A stretch of 64,000 bases of DNA, taken from contig JBFWJC010000008.1 in the NCBI GenBank assembly GCA_050253415.1, positions 32,001 through 96,000 of the forward strand. The letters are read 5' to 3'. The notes under the pieces are model-generated. The model was not told where the DNA came from. It worked only from the letters and a program-made list of their open reading frames with translations, and did not search any database. How positions within the stretch are numbered: the stretch's first letter is position 1; each line of letters starts with the position of its first letter. Made by a program: the position numbers and the translations under genes. Below, in pieces: positions 62,501 through 64,000 of the stretch. The stretch comes from Pedobacter sp. GTDB lineage: Bacteria; Desulfobacterota; Desulfuromonadia; Desulfuromonadales; Syntrophotaleaceae.

Positions 62501-64000
62501 CATACGATGACGTTATGATTGGCATCCAGAACAAAGGCTGCGGCTGCGGCATTCTGCAGTATTTCCTCCGAAAACCGTTTCTGCTCTTCCAACTCTATTT
62601 CTGCATGTTTGCGATCACTGATGTCGAGAATTGTTCCTACAAGACCACTAAGGTTACCATCGGGGTCGCTGAAGTTTGCCTTGTAGAAGATAACCTGATG
62701 AAGCGTTCCATCAGCCCAGAGTAACGAATTTTCATATACCTGAGTCTTTCCGGCACCCATGGCCAATAAATCCGTATCGGCCCGGTGGTACACTTCGGCA
62801 AGATGAGCAGGTGCGATGTCAAAGACCGTCTTACCGATAAGCTCATCTTTGGAAATGCCAATGTACCGTTCAAATGCCTTGTTGCACCCTAAATACCGGC
62901 CTTGCGCATCCTTGAAAAAAACCGGATTCGGCATGACATCGATCAAAACCTGCAAAAAATGAATTTGCTCCTTAAGCGCCCGCGTTTTGGCAGAAAGCCC
63001 GGAGAGCATCTGGTTAAAGGTTGCCGCCAAAGCACCGATCTCGTCCCGGGTGCTTATCTGAATGGAACTTGATGATTCCAGACCGGGGTATGTGAGGATC
63101 TTCCGGGTCAGATCGCCAAGAGGAGCTGTCAGCCACCACATCAGGCACCAGGTAGTGACTGCGGAAACGAACAACATGACAACCAGGGCGAACAGAAAGT
63201 TACGCCTGGCCTCTCCAACCGGAGCATACGCCTCGACCATGGGGAAATTGGCGGCCAGAATCCAGCCGGTGGTCGGCAACTTCTTGAAAGAGCTTAAGGC
63301 ATGCAGCCCTCTGGAAGTGACCGTTTCACCGGTCCCTTCGAAACCTCCCAGAGCCCTGTCGAACATTTTGTTGACCCCCAGGGGAACATCTTGCTTGAGA
63401 ATCCGTCTACGGTCCGGATGGACAATAAGAGTTCGTTCCTGGTTGTAAAGGTAAAGGTAGCCGTTTTTCCCAAGCCGAACATCGGCCAGGTGTCCAAGAA
63501 AATTGTTATTCAGTAAATCGATATTACCTGCCAGAATCGCGACAATCTGATCATCTTTGCCGAAAACCGGGGCGGTAAACATGACCACCGGACGTCGGTT
63601 CTCCTGGGTGGAGAAAAATGGCTCGGAGATTTGTGGCGCCCTGGCTTGAAGAGTCTTCTTCAGATACTTCTCAAACGGGCAGTCAGGTGAGCAGGAATAG
63701 GGATCGTTCGGACTCGATCCAAGAATGACAAATGAAGGAGAGAAAAGAAAAATGCCATTATCAAAAAGAATCTTGTTGTCTGTTTGTTGGTTCAGAAAGT
63801 CCTTGACGTTGGCCGGATCCGAAAGAACTTCCGGCGTCACCCTTTGCGCTATGCCCAAGAGGTGTTCCCGGGTGGCCCTGAGCTTGCCGTCAATTTCTCT
63901 GGCCAAAGACGAAATCAGGGAAAAACTCTGGCTGGATATGGAGTTTTCCAGCTCTTTCCGAAAAAACTGGGAAAAGATAACCCCGGTCGTCGCCAGCAGG
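59536..64000 (-). CDS. Cache-HAMP-PAS(x4)-GAF-GGDEF-EAL c-di-GMP enzyme (5' end beyond window)
   Basis: Frame open to 64000 (LLATTGVIFSQFFRK...); TM segment and HAMP DEIGALA; PAS repeats; RESD-x5-GGDEF; EAL; DDFGTGYSS. Confidence 0.93.
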   Translation of the reverse strand, partial: LLATTGVIFSQFFRKELENSISSQSFSLISSLAREIDGKLRATREHLLGIAQRVTPEVLSDPANVKDFLNQQTDNKILFDNGIFLFSPSFVILGSSPNDPYSCSPDCPFEKYLKKTLQARAPQISEPFFSTQENRRPVVMFTAPVFGKDDQIVAILAGNIDLLNNNFLGHLADVRLGKNGYLYLYNQERTLIVHPDRRRILKQDVPLGVNKMFDRALGGFEGTGETVTSRGLHALSSFKKLPTTGWILAANFPMVEAYAPVGEARRNFLFALVVMLFVSAVTTWCLMWWLTAPLGDLTRKILTYPGLESSSSIQISTRDEIGALAATFNQMLSGLSAKTRALKEQIHFLQVLIDVMPNPVFFKDAQGRYLGCNKAFERYIGISKDELIGKTVFDIAPAHLAEVYHRADTDLLAMGAGKTQVYENSLLWADGTLHQVIFYKANFSDPDGNLSGLVGTILDISDRKHAEIELEEQKRFSEEILQNAAAAAFVLDANHNVIVWNRACEELTGVRSEGLLGTDGHWRAFYDHKRPCLADFVIDGNLKELPDFYTNINQSSLVPDGLVAEGWSEFSGNRRYVIFNAAPIRNAEGELVAVIQTLDDITDRKIAEEHLSGSLSLLEATLESTGDGILVVSLEGEIVTSNKQFSEMWQVPEDLINKGDNQAVLSSVADKLDEPETFLEIVRDLYAHPERQSWDVLRFKDGKFFECLTMPQKLDDQIVGRVWSFRDITSQRQMLDQLNKLSLATEQSPNSVVITDPAGNIEYVNSMFTKMSGYASEEVLGKNPRFLKGGTFPDEYYRTLWETITAGREWRGEFHNKRKNGEFFWESALISPLKNANGVITNFVAVKQDITKKKLTEQRQLLTGQVLEILALPSKKTDKIRDILQLIKDFTGVEGAALRLVQENDFVYENTLGFEELYTSDPCHLSIGENCQTSLAQTMCGKVFLGLGCEGSGDTFSLGGSFWTNSGLESGAFLCPLNHCCHAGVQSMAVIPLRFGGKPFGVLQLIDRQSGKFNLSGIKFLETLTSTISIALEHRKAEKSLQEKESHLNFLASYDSLTLLPNRALFCDRLQHILAIAKRSGQKVALLLLDLDRFKTINDSLGHDIGDHILCQVAARIKSQIRESDTLSRFGGDEFAVILEDVDEPQNALITGQKILEHLSEALTFEGHQLYLTASIGISIYPNDGDNLDTLIKYAEVAMYRAKELGRNNCQFYRPEMNVRSRELLFLEGALRQALTQEEFVLHYQPQVDLATGLVVGAEALVRWCHPSLGLVPPGDFIPLAEETGLIVPLGDWVLRTACHQIKLWNSVGETPMRVSVNISARQFNEPNFIDKVDQLLQDTQINPKYLEMEITESVIMGDVEESIMTLTDLKVRGINLAIDDFGTGYSSLSYLQKFPISHLKIDRSFVRDVCSNEQSAEIASSIIALAQNMHLKVIAEGVETEEQMEFLRSKGCDEVQGYLFSRPVPPEEMEKSFQQILSITTLTEDA

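Overview
A 64-kb window from a Desulfuromonadales-type deltaproteobacterium (Pelobacter/Syntrophotalea/Geobacter-like; inferred from gene order and protein style). Bases 1-39.1 kb are mostly minus-strand housekeeping genes: the yceD-rpmF-plsX-fabHDG-acpP-fabF-rpiB operon, mazG, surE-pcm-yqaA-nlpD-rpoS-apt, thrS-infC-rpmI-rplT-pheST-ihfA-merR, murJ, rpsT, leuS-lptE-holA, infA, a reduced chemosensory cluster, rnc-rSAM-era-der and four tRNAs. Bases 39.2-64 kb are accessory: ablAB (N-epsilon-acetyl-beta-lysine), then a PocR-sensor/LuxR two-component system divergent from an operon for an uncharacterised membrane protein, a glycyl-radical diol dehydratase, its activase and a porin, followed by TPR and DUF4125-like genes, a radical SAM/SPASM enzyme, an M48 protease, a methyltransferase, RlpA, an amidohydrolase and a large GGDEF-EAL protein cut by the window edge. 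The best novelty candidate is the microcompartment-free glycyl-radical locus: its enzyme appears to lack the glycerol-specificity residues, its promoter carries a 64-bp-period repeat array and its regulator has an apparent 9-aa deletion in the HTH. Also notable are a non-origin DnaA-box cluster and a candidate anti-Shine-Dalgarno-rich small RNA. No searches were run; family and residue assignments come from motif recognition and recalled reference sequences.
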